A stretch of DNA of 61,555 nt, the filler included, from Sluysia triapertura (lineage: Eukaryota), in assembly GCA_046118255.1 (NCBI GenBank). It is 5 parts of 5 records of this genome, joined end to end, with 100 filler letters (N's around TTAATTAATTAA, not from the genome) between each part and the next. Parts side by side here need not be neighbours in the genome. Positions count along the whole stretch, not along the records: positions 1 to 11,980 come from JBJNIA010150716.1; 4 more parts are not named here. One strand, given 5' to 3'. A program made the position numbers and the translations under genes. The notes beneath the pieces were generated by a model. It worked only from the letters and a program-made list of their open reading frames with translations, had not been told where the DNA came from and ran no database searches. Below, one piece after another: positions 1 through 12,080 of this stretch (position 1 is its first letter; each line of letters opens with the position of its first letter).

Positions 1-566
1 GTTTTTTCATGGTTATAAAGTTGTTAAATACTTTATAAGGTACTCAAGAGGCTCTAGACGTTTTCATCTGCACCACTCTGATTCCTTTTTCTACGTTTTT
101 ATTTCAATTATTAATGTATTAAATTTATTTTCAATATTATTAACCACGATTTTAATTCAAAGGTTCCAAACATTTTTACAAAGTTACTTGAAGTTCTCAA
201 AAATTTTCAGAGGTTCCTAAAGATCAACAAGGTTCAGAAATTCAAAGGTATCTTCATAATTGTCAATACCCTACAAAGGTCTTTTGAACTCCGAGGTATT
301 CTTCGGTTTCAAAAAGATTATAAACATTTTATTGTTCATTACTCTTACTCTGGAAATATTTAATTATGTTTATATTATCATAATTCAGCTATTTTAAATC
401 ACTCTTTCTTATATATTTTAAATTGTCTAATCTTTTAACCTATTAGTTATATTCTAACTGGGTAATCCCAACAATTTTTTCTCATTTTCAATTTCTAAGT
501 TTTTCTTAAGATTATTAAAATTATTGAGTAATTCTTGATTTATGTGTTTGGAAAAGAGCTCAGCAG

Positions 567-3398
567 ATGGTGTCTGAACAAATTAAGTGCAACTCTTTAT
601 TTCAGGAAGCTAATGATGACTTATCGCGATCTCTTCGAGAAGTAATCGATAAATTTGAACAATCAATAACCTTACAGAGCAACAATAGTAACCCGAATCG
701 ACAAATAGTAGTAATAATATTTAAAATGATTCACTTAATGAATAATTTTCTAGTCTGAAAATCTCCACTTAATTAAACAGAATGCAAAATTAGAAGATGA
801 ATTAAATCGAATGAGACGTCAAAACGCTCGATTTGAAACTGAAGAAGTAATGCTAAACATTAAATAATGTTACTTTTATTATCAGATATCGACGCAATTG
901 CAAGAAATACAGTCATTGAATAAAAAGTTGAAACAAAAGCAAATAAGGATCCAGAATTTAGAAGATCAAATTCACAAATATTCATGTATTATTATTATTG
1001 TTTTTATTTCTGTATTTTGATTAGTGGAGAATAGACCAATAGGAAGCTCAGAAGGTGACATTCGATCAATGAAGAAAATGGATTATTTACAGTTTCAGTA
1101 TGATGAATTGCTTAAAAAATATCAAATCCAAGTAACTTTATTCGTATTGAATTCATTTGATTGGATAAAATTGAATTTAATAATATTTGTTTATAAACAT
1201 AGATCTGCAAACTGAATTACATTAAGACTGATTCATTAATGACATGGTTCCAATACCGCGCCAAGTTCGGTATTGATTTTCACTTGATTTCTGCATCCTG
1301 GTATCCAATAATAAAACACAATTTATTTCTACTAGAGAAAAAATAATAGGAAATAAATGCATCAATCCATTCACTGCCAAGCCTATATTGTATGAAGTTA
1401 TTTTCTCTTCCATTTTTGTTTTGAAAGTTATTGTTTATCTAAGTTTTATAATTACATATTTTGTCATAAATAATCATTTACATGTATAAAAATCAAACAC
1501 GAATATACTAGTGTGGGAATGCAACAGAATTCAATATCCTTTTTCTTATTTGCACACACGTTTAAGCAAAAAAACAAATCATGAATCACACAAACAGATG
1601 AAAGTTTAAAAAGACTAAAAAACCGGACACAGTTTTCTGTAAATTTGCAAAGGCTACTTATTCACTGCTGACGATTACTTAGATTCTATTTCGTGTCAGA
1701 GATAACTGAGTTTATCTGCAACATCTGTCATCAGTGTAGTTTGTAGAGTCAGAAGTAGTACCTATCAATAAATTATTAGTTTGAAGAAATAAACATAACA
1801 CATTAATAAATAAAGTAGAATTTTTGTAAAAACAATTCATTTGTAGCCCTTTTTTTCAAGTTTTTACACTTGTGGCAATAAAAGGTTTGTAAGCTCTCCG
1901 CAAGTTGTATGTTACAATATATATTGAAAGTATCACGATTATATTCGTGGTTGGCAGCGAATGCATAACTTAACTGTAAAAAGAATATAAAAATATTTGA
2001 AGTTAATAATTTATTCGCTAAGCTTCTACCCTAGTCGGTAGAATAGTTTTTAAATATTCATAAACCATTTGCAAATTGGAACCTCAGATCCATTTTTTCG
2101 AAATGGAATGCCAAGATTTATGCATCATCTTTTTCTTTACTTCATGTGGTGACGAAACAACATTTTCAAATTATACAATAAACATGCTAGATCCACAGTT
2201 TGTTGAATAGCACGAAGCAGTAGAAAAACGCAGAACATGCCAGCTAAACTAACGGTTCTGATTTTCTTCTAGCATTATAACGAAATTCATTCTTCTTAAC
2301 TTCTGATCATAAGATATGCAAATTATGATAACTTTATGACACGGACAGACGCGTTCTCTACATTTATCTTCGTTTTTCGATTTTGAAGCTTCACTCTCAT
2401 AACTCTAATCTGGGTCCATGAACTCGAATTCTAAAATTTCTTTCAAACATATCAGAAATAGTAGCTGTAGATTTCCGTACTTGGAAACCTCGAGCCGAAA
2501 CAGAATTTTTCAACTCCATCGATACTATCAAAAATTTAAATGCTATTCCTTCAAAACTACCAAAAATAATGCAGAAGTAACTCGTTATTTATGATTTTCA
2601 TTATTTTGTGGCTGATTAGATTCATTGGTGGATGGGCAAAAAATGGATTGTGATTGGCTCCTTTTTTATCTGCATTGTTCGTATATGTATTTTTCTTTAT
2701 GCACTAGTAATCTACAAATTTTATGTCAGCATTTCCAGGATTCTGGAATTTTTGTTTGTGTACAAACAATTATGTATGTATGTATTGATTTAAAAAGGTT
2801 TTAAAATTACTTGGAAATAATTTACTCACATCTCTATACTGGAGCTAAATATCAAATTATGAATGAACAATTACATTACTTTATATAAAATCATTCAAAA
2901 TAAAAGATTAGCAAAAACAAAAAATTAAATTTTATTCTTACTAGTATCCCACACGTCGATACGAACAGTTATTTCCCAATATTTCCTTGGAAACCATTTC
3001 CTTTACTTCCTTGAATGAGAAATAGCACTCTACATTACATCCAAGTTGACAAACGTCTGTCAGTCTTGTTATTCGTATTTGTACAGAAAATACATTTTCA
3101 AATTAATGAAGCAATGTAGTTAGTGATGGAAACATCTGTCAGTCATAAAACAGAAGTTTCCCCTCACACATTCATTAATAAAACGGAGAAAATTAAACTA
3201 ATACCTAAAGTTGAGTGATAAACTAATTTAAAATTTCAGCTTGACCAAGTCGATAAGACTGATTCGTTATTAAGAGAAGTTTATAACGAAAATGCTCGAT
3301 TATTGAAATCTCTGAAGCGATCTGAAGATCTTCGAGAACAAGCAGAATTAGTAATTGAAGATTTGGAAGAAAAGCTGATAAAGCTGGATAAGCAATGA
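567..3398 (+). CDS. Multi-exon coiled-coil protein (possibly 5'-incomplete). Exons 567-710, 754-846, 886-985, 1025-1131, 3240-3398
   Basis: GT-AG introns 711-753 (43 nt), 847-885 (39 nt), 986-1024 (39 nt) and 1132-3239 join with consistent phases into one open frame rich in E/Q/K/L. It ends LDQVDKTDSLLREVYNENARLLKSLKRSEDLREQAELVIEDLEEKLIKLDKQ*. Branch-like CTAAT at 3223-3227. The C-terminus recalls, from memory only, the C4orf50-type LYxENAxLxKAL...LEEK motif. Confidence 0.75.
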
Positions 3399-3428
3399 TT
3401 AGTGTATTAGTAATTTATTTTATTTGAT

Positions 3429-4110
3429 TTATTTTCTGTCAGCATTATACCATTTTATAATGATAATAATGAAATAATTACTCAAAATCGCTTTAAATGC
3501 ATCATTTGTCATAATATTTTTGTCACTTATTTTATTATTATTATTATTATTGTGCATTCCGTATAAATTGTTATATCTTAAAGATATCTTCAGTTTAGTT
3601 TCAAAATTTTTCATTATCTCCAACACATAATACACACATTCAGGATTTCCGTAACCATCAAGGCTTTTATCAGTAACCAGTGTAATTCTTTGAGGTAAGG
3701 TGTTACATATTATATCTTTTAAATGTGGAAAAAATTTCACAAACCGTGTTTACTGTAGTTTTGCATTCCCGACTGAATAGTATATTCAGAGCACAATATC
3801 GAGTTTTCGAATAGTGAAATCGATGACAAAAGAAAAAACCGAAAATCATACGATGAATACACACCCTAAATACACCCGATGAATCAATTACCACAGGTCG
3901 TATTCTTTTAAGTTTGATGCAATAACAAGAAGAATCAATTGCAATAGGAAATCGTTTTTGTTGTAGAGCAAATTACAGAAAGTTTATTATCACATTGAGG
4001 ACGGATGACATGAATTCACGGTTATCGGGAATTTCAAGAAACATCGTTTATAATTTATATAATTTCATCACATACCATCTTCGTTGCTTCTGCAGAACGA
4101 GCTTACAAAT
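3429..4110 (-). pseudogene. Member 1 of a lineage-specific ETKLxISLRYNNLY gene family, frameshifted
   Basis: ORF 3429-3740 (..LEIMKNFETKLKISLRYNNLY..) is homologous to 18897-19124 and to 24370-24500. Upstream frames are broken by stops and shifts. Confidence 0.5.
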
Positions 4111-4752
4111 AAGAAAATAATGACTTCAATTTTTAGTGGAAATAAATATAAAAAATAAGTTTATTTTTTTAATTTTTATTAAACATTTTGTATTAAAATA
4201 TATTTTAATTTTTTATTAAAAATAAATAAACAATTATTTTGTTTTTGTTTTGTTTTCTATTTGTATTTCTAATTTAAAAGTTAGTATTTTTATTGTTGTC
4301 TATTTTAAAAATGAACATTTTCATTCTTCAATCTGTATGTTCAGCCATGTCTTTGACAATAATGAAGTGGTAAGTGGTTAATAAGCAAATAGTTACAATT
4401 CATCAGTAAAATAATTGGATTCTTCAAGTGACTAAGAATTGTACCATTGATTGATTGTATTTGACCATGGGAAACCTTGATTCAATTTTAACTTATAAAT
4501 CAATTAATAATTTTTGCGATAGACTTAGCGTTTTCAATGTATAATTCAAATGTGAAGTGCAAGTTCATTTATCTGTAATTTTACCCCAAGTAAATCTCAA
4601 GAACACTTTATACTTAATAGGTGCACAAAAAGTTATCATTGAATAAAAATTATAATCACTAACTGTAACTTTAGAACAAGCTTTAATTACTGTCTTATTG
4701 AGAAAATAAAATATTAATAATGATTACGTTCGTTCTGTTAGACTACATTAAA

Positions 4753-4824
4753 TGGACTGGTCAGGATTCTAACTCGCCTCACAGCTGTGTAGTTTGATGC
4801 TCTGACCACTAAACAATCAGCTCC
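4753..4824 (-). pseudogene. Degenerate tRNA-like / SINE-head relic
   Basis: Minus strand reads GGAGCTGATTGTTTAGTGGTCAGAGCATC...GAGTTAGAATCCTGACCAGTCCA, with decayed A and B boxes and a residual acceptor stem. Homologous to 5783-5849. Confidence 0.5.
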
Positions 4825-5782
4825 GTCCAAGAATTTTACTTTATTATAGTCAATTATACTATCACAATTTTAAATGGCACTTTAGGCCTGTATCTCTAAA
4901 GTTTATGGAATATGTGTATGAAATATTGTACGATTTAAATTGCAATTACTAATGGTATATCTCTTATTTGATGATAACAGAACAAATCTGCTTTATTGTT
5001 AAAAAAGTTAGAATTAACATATTTGTATAATAAATTGAAATTATTTTATGTTATAAATATTTTGTTATAATTAATATTACAAACAAATTGATTACGTTTT
5101 TCGATTTTACCTCTTTTCGAAACATGATTTTTATTTTAACTTTCAGAAAGATATTTCTAACCTTGTCTCTGTGTTTGTCTCAAAAACTATTTCAGTGTTT
5201 TTAATTTAAATAGTATAAGTATAAATAACTAATGATTGTCGAATCTTATTCTTATGCTAAAAATTCTTCATATTCACAAGTATCATCATAAGCTAGACTT
5301 CGTACTACAAATATTTCTTGTATTGTGACACCTTGTTTTGCTTTAAGAATTATTTTGGTGTCCGTTTGAATTTCATGAGTTTGGAATGTATTATAACAAT
5401 TTTTTGGTATAATTTTTAGGTATTCTATTATTGTTCAATTATTCTATTATTGCTTAATCAATGTAATATGTTCAAATTTGATCATATTATTTAACAAATT
5501 TATTCGGATACCCATCGAGACATTTTTCTACATCCATTAATGAAAGTTTTGGTCCTAGTGTTGCATTTTCACAAACAAGTGCCTTAATAGATTGTGCAGC
5601 TGGTAATCCAAAAATTATTGTGATTGTGGTCAAATTGTGCCAACATATTTACATTATTAAATTCTTTTCTTACAACTATTAGTTCAATTTTCACATTTTC
5701 ATATTTATTTACATTATTATTGTTATCGTTTAAATTAACAAATTTTATTTTCAGTTTTGATAATAAAAATATCTTGAATATC

Positions 5783-5849
5783 ATCCACCATTATCGAACC
5801 CAGGACCTCTGTCTGCTCAGTCGATGCTCTACCACTGAGCTATCAGCCC
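5783..5849 (-). pseudogene. tRNA-Cys-like pseudogene or tRNA-derived SINE head
   Basis: Minus strand reads TAGCTCAGTGGTAGAGCATCGACTGAGCAGACAGAGGTCCTGGGTTCGAT: A box plus a partial B box, closely following the eukaryotic tRNA-Cys(GCA) pattern. The anticodon arm and acceptor stem are broken. Confidence 0.65.
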
Positions 5850-5989
5850 GTCTAACAAATTTATTTTATTATAGTCAATTTTACCAAATGGCACTTTAGG
5901 CCTTTTACCCCAACAATATTGAACAACACACTGTAATGTTTATAGGAACTTGTATTGCATGTTTATTATTTTCATATGAAAGTATGAGG

Positions 5990-7365
5990 TAAAGTTTATT
6001 TTTTTATTTCGCCAATATACCCTACTTTCTTAAGTAAGTTTTTTGATTGTAAATATTAAGTTTTAACAAAATTTACAGTATCTTGTAAAAATTCTATTAT
6101 TTCTTCACTTATACTAATAGCATCAGTTGGTACTAAATTTAAATTTTCAGTTATATCTCTGGATTTTGTATATTCGTTATTAATTAATTCGGTAATAGTT
6201 TTGACATCATCATTATTATCAACATCCATTTTATTATCCATTAATTTCGGATTATTATCTTCTATTGATATGAAAAAGTTACTTATATCACTTTTATCAT
6301 TCTGAGATCTTTTGTCATTTCAATTTTGCCTTTGCAATTGTAGAATCAACTCTTAGATTTTTGTTAAATGAATCAACTTGCTTGCATGATGCTTGAGAAA
6401 CAGAACTTTTATTATTTTTTTTCGTTTATTTATATTTCTTGAGTTACTTCTGCTTCCGCTGTTATTATTATATGAATTTCAATACCAACAGTTGTATTTA
6501 TTGTAGCCTGTTTTCTTGCAAATAGCTTATGATTCATATGTAAATCGCACTTTATTTTGTTGCCTTACATTACTATACTGATTCTTCTATATCTAATAAA
6601 TGATGTATTCTGCCTAAAACATTTTATGTTATTCTCATAATTATTATTCTACACCTGCTTTCTATCATTGTTAAAACGCATATTATCAGAAAAAAATTGT
6701 ATTTAAAATTATTTTGATTACTTGAAAATTTATTCATTTATCCATCTAATCGGTGCTATTTAGGCTCAGTTGTGATCATGCTTGATTGGTGCGTCATTCT
6801 GTTCTGCTTTCTTTATTTGACGATTTCTGGACTAGGTTATCTACATAATTTAAGTCTAGCATCAAAAGATGTGTTTTCAGTAATAATGTTTTCAGTAATT
6901 AATTCAATTTTTCTTGTGTAAAACTGGAATACGCTTATTTGCTAATTGTCTTAACTCAAATAAAAATTGTGTGACGGTTTCTTTATAGTTCCGAAAGTTT
7001 TTAAAATTAACAAATGTAGAATTTTTAGGCAGCAACTGATTACTAAAATCAATTAAATTTTCCTATGCATTTTTATTGTCCCCGGAATATTCAAATAAAC
7101 TTTAACCATAAATGAAGCAGAAAACGTTTACACTCAACTTCCTCATCATAACCATAAACTTTAGCATAAAGCTGATACTGATTCACAAAATTTGATAAAT
7201 CACCTGGATTTCCATCAAATGATTCCAGCTGGAGGATAAAAGATTTTATCTGCTCAATATTAATTTCTTTTTTCACTGCACTTTTTGATATAATGTTAAA
7301 TCTAAAATTATAAAATTATTTTTTGATAAAAATAAACATATATCGTTACTGGGGCATCAAATTTG
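5990..7365 (-). mobile_element. Degenerate Ty3/gypsy-like LTR retrotransposon, gag region
   Basis: ORF 7091-7276 (..LESFDGNPGDLSNFVNQYQLYAKVYGYDEE..) has the gag-type FDG...F..Y...GW/Y pattern. A possible decayed PBS (TGATGCCCCAG on the minus strand) lies near 7350-7360. Segment 6005-6450 has a homologous copy at 53070-53480. Confidence 0.6.
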
Positions 7366-8359
7366 TGTCGATAATTATCAACGATAACTAGTCAATTAAA
7401 TTAACACGAAATCTCACTATTATTGTTCGCTTATAGTCATTCGGTAAGGAGATTAAAAATTATAAAATATAAATAATTACCTCATATGATTATTCATTTT
7501 TCTGAGTTTGTCATAAGCCGACCAATTTTAATAATTAAACTTCAATGATAATTTAGTACCTCGTACTTGCACAAAGATTTATGATAAACAATCCCTTATC
7601 TTAGTAACATAAGAAAGTCAAAATTTAATATTATTACATTGCTTACTATTCAAATAATACATCAATTTAAAATAAATATAAAATTAAATAACAATTTTTT
7701 ATGAAATACATCACATGTTAATTATATATTACACGTCGATTTCAATAAGATGTCTAAATTAGTATCTTAGTGAGCATTAATTTAATAAATACTTTGATTG
7801 TTCTTAGGCATACATACATTTAATTTTATATAAAAATTAATGAAAATAAATAATTTTTAAGTTATCTACTCCGTAACATTTCAAATTTGGCAATACTAAT
7901 GAAATTCAACATTAGACTCTAACTCTAATGCTATTTTATCATGTACAGATACTTTTCACGAAATTATTACATTAAACACTTTCTAATTAAATTAATAAAC
8001 ATACTTTTATATTTTAACGAGTACGGCTTTATAGAGGGTTCTCTCTTCTTATCTTTCTCTTTATTTTATTTCAAATATTTTATGAACATATTCTGTTAAC
8101 GAACATAAGTCATTATAATTTTTATTTTATTCTTATACTATAAGTTATAACCCTTACATCATCTACTTCACCCTTAACTAAATCCAATAGTAATAATACT
8201 ACTCCTGTACTACTTGTTACGATACATTTTTTAAAATTCATTGAGTTTGTCTTCAATATTCAAATTAATGACGTGTCGTGCTCTATGACAATGAATACAA
8301 CGTATTTAACAAATACTGGATTCCATTGCGGCTTATTACTGGTTCATTAGTATTAATGA

Positions 8360-9135
8360 ATTGTGGTGGCCAACCTTTCACTATTAACAAATTTTATCAA
8401 AATCTACAAATCACATTCAAAAATCAACAGAAAAAAACATTAAACTAAATCAACACATTGTACATAAAACCATATTCTTAAACATTTTAACATTCCCGTA
8501 ATTATCTCTTTCGCATCCATTAAAAATATCTTCATCCGTTAAAATCAATTAAACCCATAATCTCATAACATTCCAAACCATTAAATTACTTTAAAAATTC
8601 ATCTAAAATATTTTATTCTTCATTTCACAACAATTCAATTACAATCACATCTGAAACCGACTAACAGATATCTTCAAAGCAATCAAAATATTCTAAACCC
8701 GTGATCTGCATCATTTAATTTTCAACACTATTTAAAAAAATTAAGTCAATAAATCACATTTAACATTCTATAAGCACCTTTTGAACACTCCAAAAGACAG
8801 ACTATAACTTATTCTCTTTTCATCCTCGAGACTATTCTCTTTCAACATACTTTTAACCCACGATCTACTAACATCTAAAACATTTATGTTATTTTAAAAT
8901 ACTTAAATCATAGGGTTTTAACACCTAAACTTATCTTCAGCTAAAATTAGTAAATAATATTTAAAAATTCATTTAAAACATTTCACACATTACTTTATAA
9001 CATTAGACTCAGTTCTTTAAGATATCGGTTTTTATAAATTTTAAATATGTTAAGAATTTTAAGATATAAAAGAAAGATCGTGTTTATTAAAAGAGAAATA
9101 AGAATTAAGGTGATTTTTGGATAATAATAATAATA
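8360..9135 (+). repeat. Dispersed C/A-rich repeat body, copy 1
   Basis: TGTGGTGGCCAACCT..TTAACAAATTTTAT at the start and TTTAAATATGTTAAGAA..AAAGAAAG.TCGTGTT near the end match the reverse complement of 29700-30370. Internal blocks such as ACTAACAGATATCTTCAAA match 37230-38240. Confidence 0.7.
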
Positions 9136-9643
9136 ATATATCTGTATAAATGGAGTGATGCATATTGGTCTTCGAAAATTAAACGATATGGCACAGAATA
9201 TGGTTTATCCCTTATTAATGACATGTTGAATAAACTAGCCAATTCCAATATAATCACAAAATCAAAAACAATTATTATAATCAGTTATTATTTAACAATA
9301 ACTGATTAAAATCAATTTATTTAAACAAATTAAATTTAAGAATCTTACTTAGTTAAAATTCGAACACTAAAATTCAAAAAAACTTAATATTAATTATAAT
9401 TTTTTCACACATTGTAATAGATAAACTCCACTTATTAGAATATATTGACACAATAATTATCAATTAATCGCAAAAAATAAACATTATGACCAACAAATTT
9501 GGATTAAAGATCAAATAAGCATAAAATGACCATCTTATGAACGGAGCTCTAATGACCTAATAATAATCAAGGTAGGCGCAACTAAAATTAAAAGGAAGCT
9601 GTCCTTAAATATAATACACTAATTAGAGAGGAGATTTAAAATA

Positions 9644-9829
9644 CTGTAACTGTTCTCTTATCCGCCATTTTCTGGAATCTGCAAATTTAAGTTTGCAAAA
9701 ATGAATAAGTTTAATTTGTTTTAATAATATATTTTATTAATTATAATATATTATTTATTTACTTTTTACTCTAGGAGCCGCCACCTTTTTTCATAGTCCG
9801 GTTTTTGGCGGATAAGAGAGTAGTTACTG
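9644..9829. mobile_element. 186-bp Tc1/mariner (pogo/Tigger-type) MITE
   Basis: 24-bp TIRs CTGTAACTGTTCTCTTATCCGCCA and TGGCGGATAAGAGAGTAGTTACTG (3 mismatches), flanked by TA on both sides. Confidence 0.85.
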
Positions 9830-11348
9830 TATTTGAATATATGATTTAAAATTAATAATAACAAATAAATGGATTAAATAAGTGGGCAATCCCGATAAAT
9901 TAATAAAATATAATACAAAAATCCAAGAATGCAACATCCTAAAAGTATTAACTTATAAATATAAAAAAACGAATATAACCTGCACAATACAAAATCACTT
10001 ATAACATTTGATCAATCGCAATGTTTACCTGGAGAGCTTTTAAGCAGCTTTCCTATATTAAACAAAGTTCCATCTTAATAATATACTCTGCTACCTATGA
10101 GTGAATTTAATGCGATTATCAAAGTAATGCTTACTGTTTGAATAATATATTAACTTAAACTAAAAATAAAATTAATTAAATACTAAAGCTTATTTTCCAA
10201 TAAGACTTTTCATATAGTATGTCGTCCATTTTATTGAGCATATTATTATGCTTGAACATTAGAACATTTATAATTTAACTTTACATTATAGAAAATTAAT
10301 TAAAATAAATAATTTTAACGCTATCTACGTCGACTAAGTTCCTCAATATTTCAATACTAGAAACCCTGATTAATTTCATTATACTTCAGTTGATATTTCT
10401 CATACAGAAATATCTTGTACAAAGTTATTTAGTCGAAGAATTTGCTAATTAAATTAATTAATAAATTTTACTTTATATTTTCAAGACAAAACCTTACAGA
10501 TGGTTTTTCCTTCTTTTTCATTTAAACATTTAAACATTAACAGCATAATTCATCGTGATATTTTATTTTATTCGTTTATTAATACTCGTTTTGTTCTTAC
10601 TTCTTATGTATCACAAGCTATAACATTCTTGGTAGAATGCTTACATAGACTTGATGTAAAACTAAAATATTACTGAAAGGATAATAACGAGATAAGGACA
10701 CTTTAATATTAAGAATTACCTCGATATCTTTAAATAACGTTCGATCAGAAATATTCCAAGCAATAATTACTCCCTACTAGTGCAAATAAATATTCTCAAT
10801 TAGAATTCATACTAAAACTTAAAAATTATTTTTGGATTTTCTTCATGTAATGATTAATTATATTCTGCATTATTTTGCATTTCTGTTATGTACTTACCTA
10901 TCTGCATCCACTTGACTAAGCTCTATTCTTCATTCTTGTTATTCTAATTTTATTTTCTTTTAATTTCTATTTTCATATTTCGAAGCACTTATTTATAACT
11001 ACATAATACTAAATCAGAATTGCATGGTTCTGAATGTAGACGAGTTCTGTGGACATGGTGAAACTTTTTTAAATTACATATAATGAAAATTGCCTTTGCA
11101 GTACTTTGTTAATTTAAAATTGGATAAAAATACATTTTAAATTCGACGTGAAATGGCTGGGTAATTATGTACGAACATTGGTTTTATCAAAAATTAATTT
11201 TACTACATATTTTCGCCAAATAATATTTTATTAAGTATCACGAATAAAAATTTGAAGCATAATTAATTGTAACAAAGTCAGAACAAATTTACATGTATTT
11301 CAAATATTAAATACTGTTATCAATTCCTTATTTACCATTAAGATTAAG

Positions 11349-11747
11349 TCAACTTATTAAAGGTTTGTTGGCGTTTTTGATTTCTCGGTATTCCCGCATC
11401 GTCTCTGCTTTTATTTGTTTAGAAGTCCAATCTGGATGAATTTTCCGTAATTCGACATATTTTTGACCAACAAACTTTATATAGGGTCCATGATTAATAT
11501 TACCACACATTTTTTCATAATTTCGTTTTTGCTTCTGAAATTTTAATACATATTTTTGACGCTTTTTCAATGACAATTTTTTCCAATCTTCTGCACATTT
11601 TCTAGAAAATTCCACAAAATTACCATTATAATGAGAACGCATATCCTTTAAGTATAATGTATATGGATTACTGGTTTTTTTGAAACCGATTGAGGTTATT
11701 CTACCTCGTATTCCACGGATAATTCTGTAAGATTTTGAATGAACCAT
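11349..11747 (-). CDS. Small basic HMG-box protein, 132 aa (one full box plus a second degenerate box)
   Basis: KKTSNPYTLYLKDMR...FVEFSRKCAEDWKKLSLKKRQKY...KRNYEK fits the HMG-box consensus. GPYIKFVGQKYVELRKIHPDWTSKQI...Y is a second box. Intact ATG-to-TGA frame with no introns. Confidence 0.85.
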   Translation of the reverse strand: MVHSKSYRIIRGIRGRITSIGFKKTSNPYTLYLKDMRSHYNGNFVEFSRKCAEDWKKLSLKKRQKYVLKFQKQKRNYEKMCGNINHGPYIKFVGQKYVELRKIHPDWTSKQIKAETMREYREIKNANKPLIS

Positions 11748-11980
11748 TTAGTTGCTATTGGAAATCAGAATTATTTTATTAATTATTTTATTGATTATAT
11801 TATATGCTATATTTAAAAATAAAAACGATAAATTTGACAATACAAAAAGTATATTTAAAAAATTTAAACTCTATAAAATGGATTGATCAGAATTCAAACA
11901 TAGCTACTGTTCTAACAATTTATTTTCATCAAAGTCGGATTAAACAATTCTTTAAGATTTTATTTAATATTTCGACAAAG

Positions 11981-12080
11981 NNNNNNNNNNNNNNNNNNNN
12001 NNNNNNNNNNNNNNNNNNNNNNNNTTAATTAATTAANNNNNNNNNNNNNNNNNNNNNNNNNNNNNNNNNNNNNNNNNNNN
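11981..12080. other. Artificial contig-join linker
   Basis: N44-TTAATTAATTAA-N44, giving stops in all six frames; identical at four places in the window. Confidence 0.95.

Noticed and set aside
5783-5849. Functional tRNA gene
   Set aside because: The anticodon arm and acceptor stem cannot be paired into a cloverleaf.
12025-12036. Palindromic TTAATTAATTAA recurring every 11-13 kb
   Set aside because: Always centred in exactly 100 nt of N padding, so it is an assembly linker. Adjacency across it has no biological meaning.
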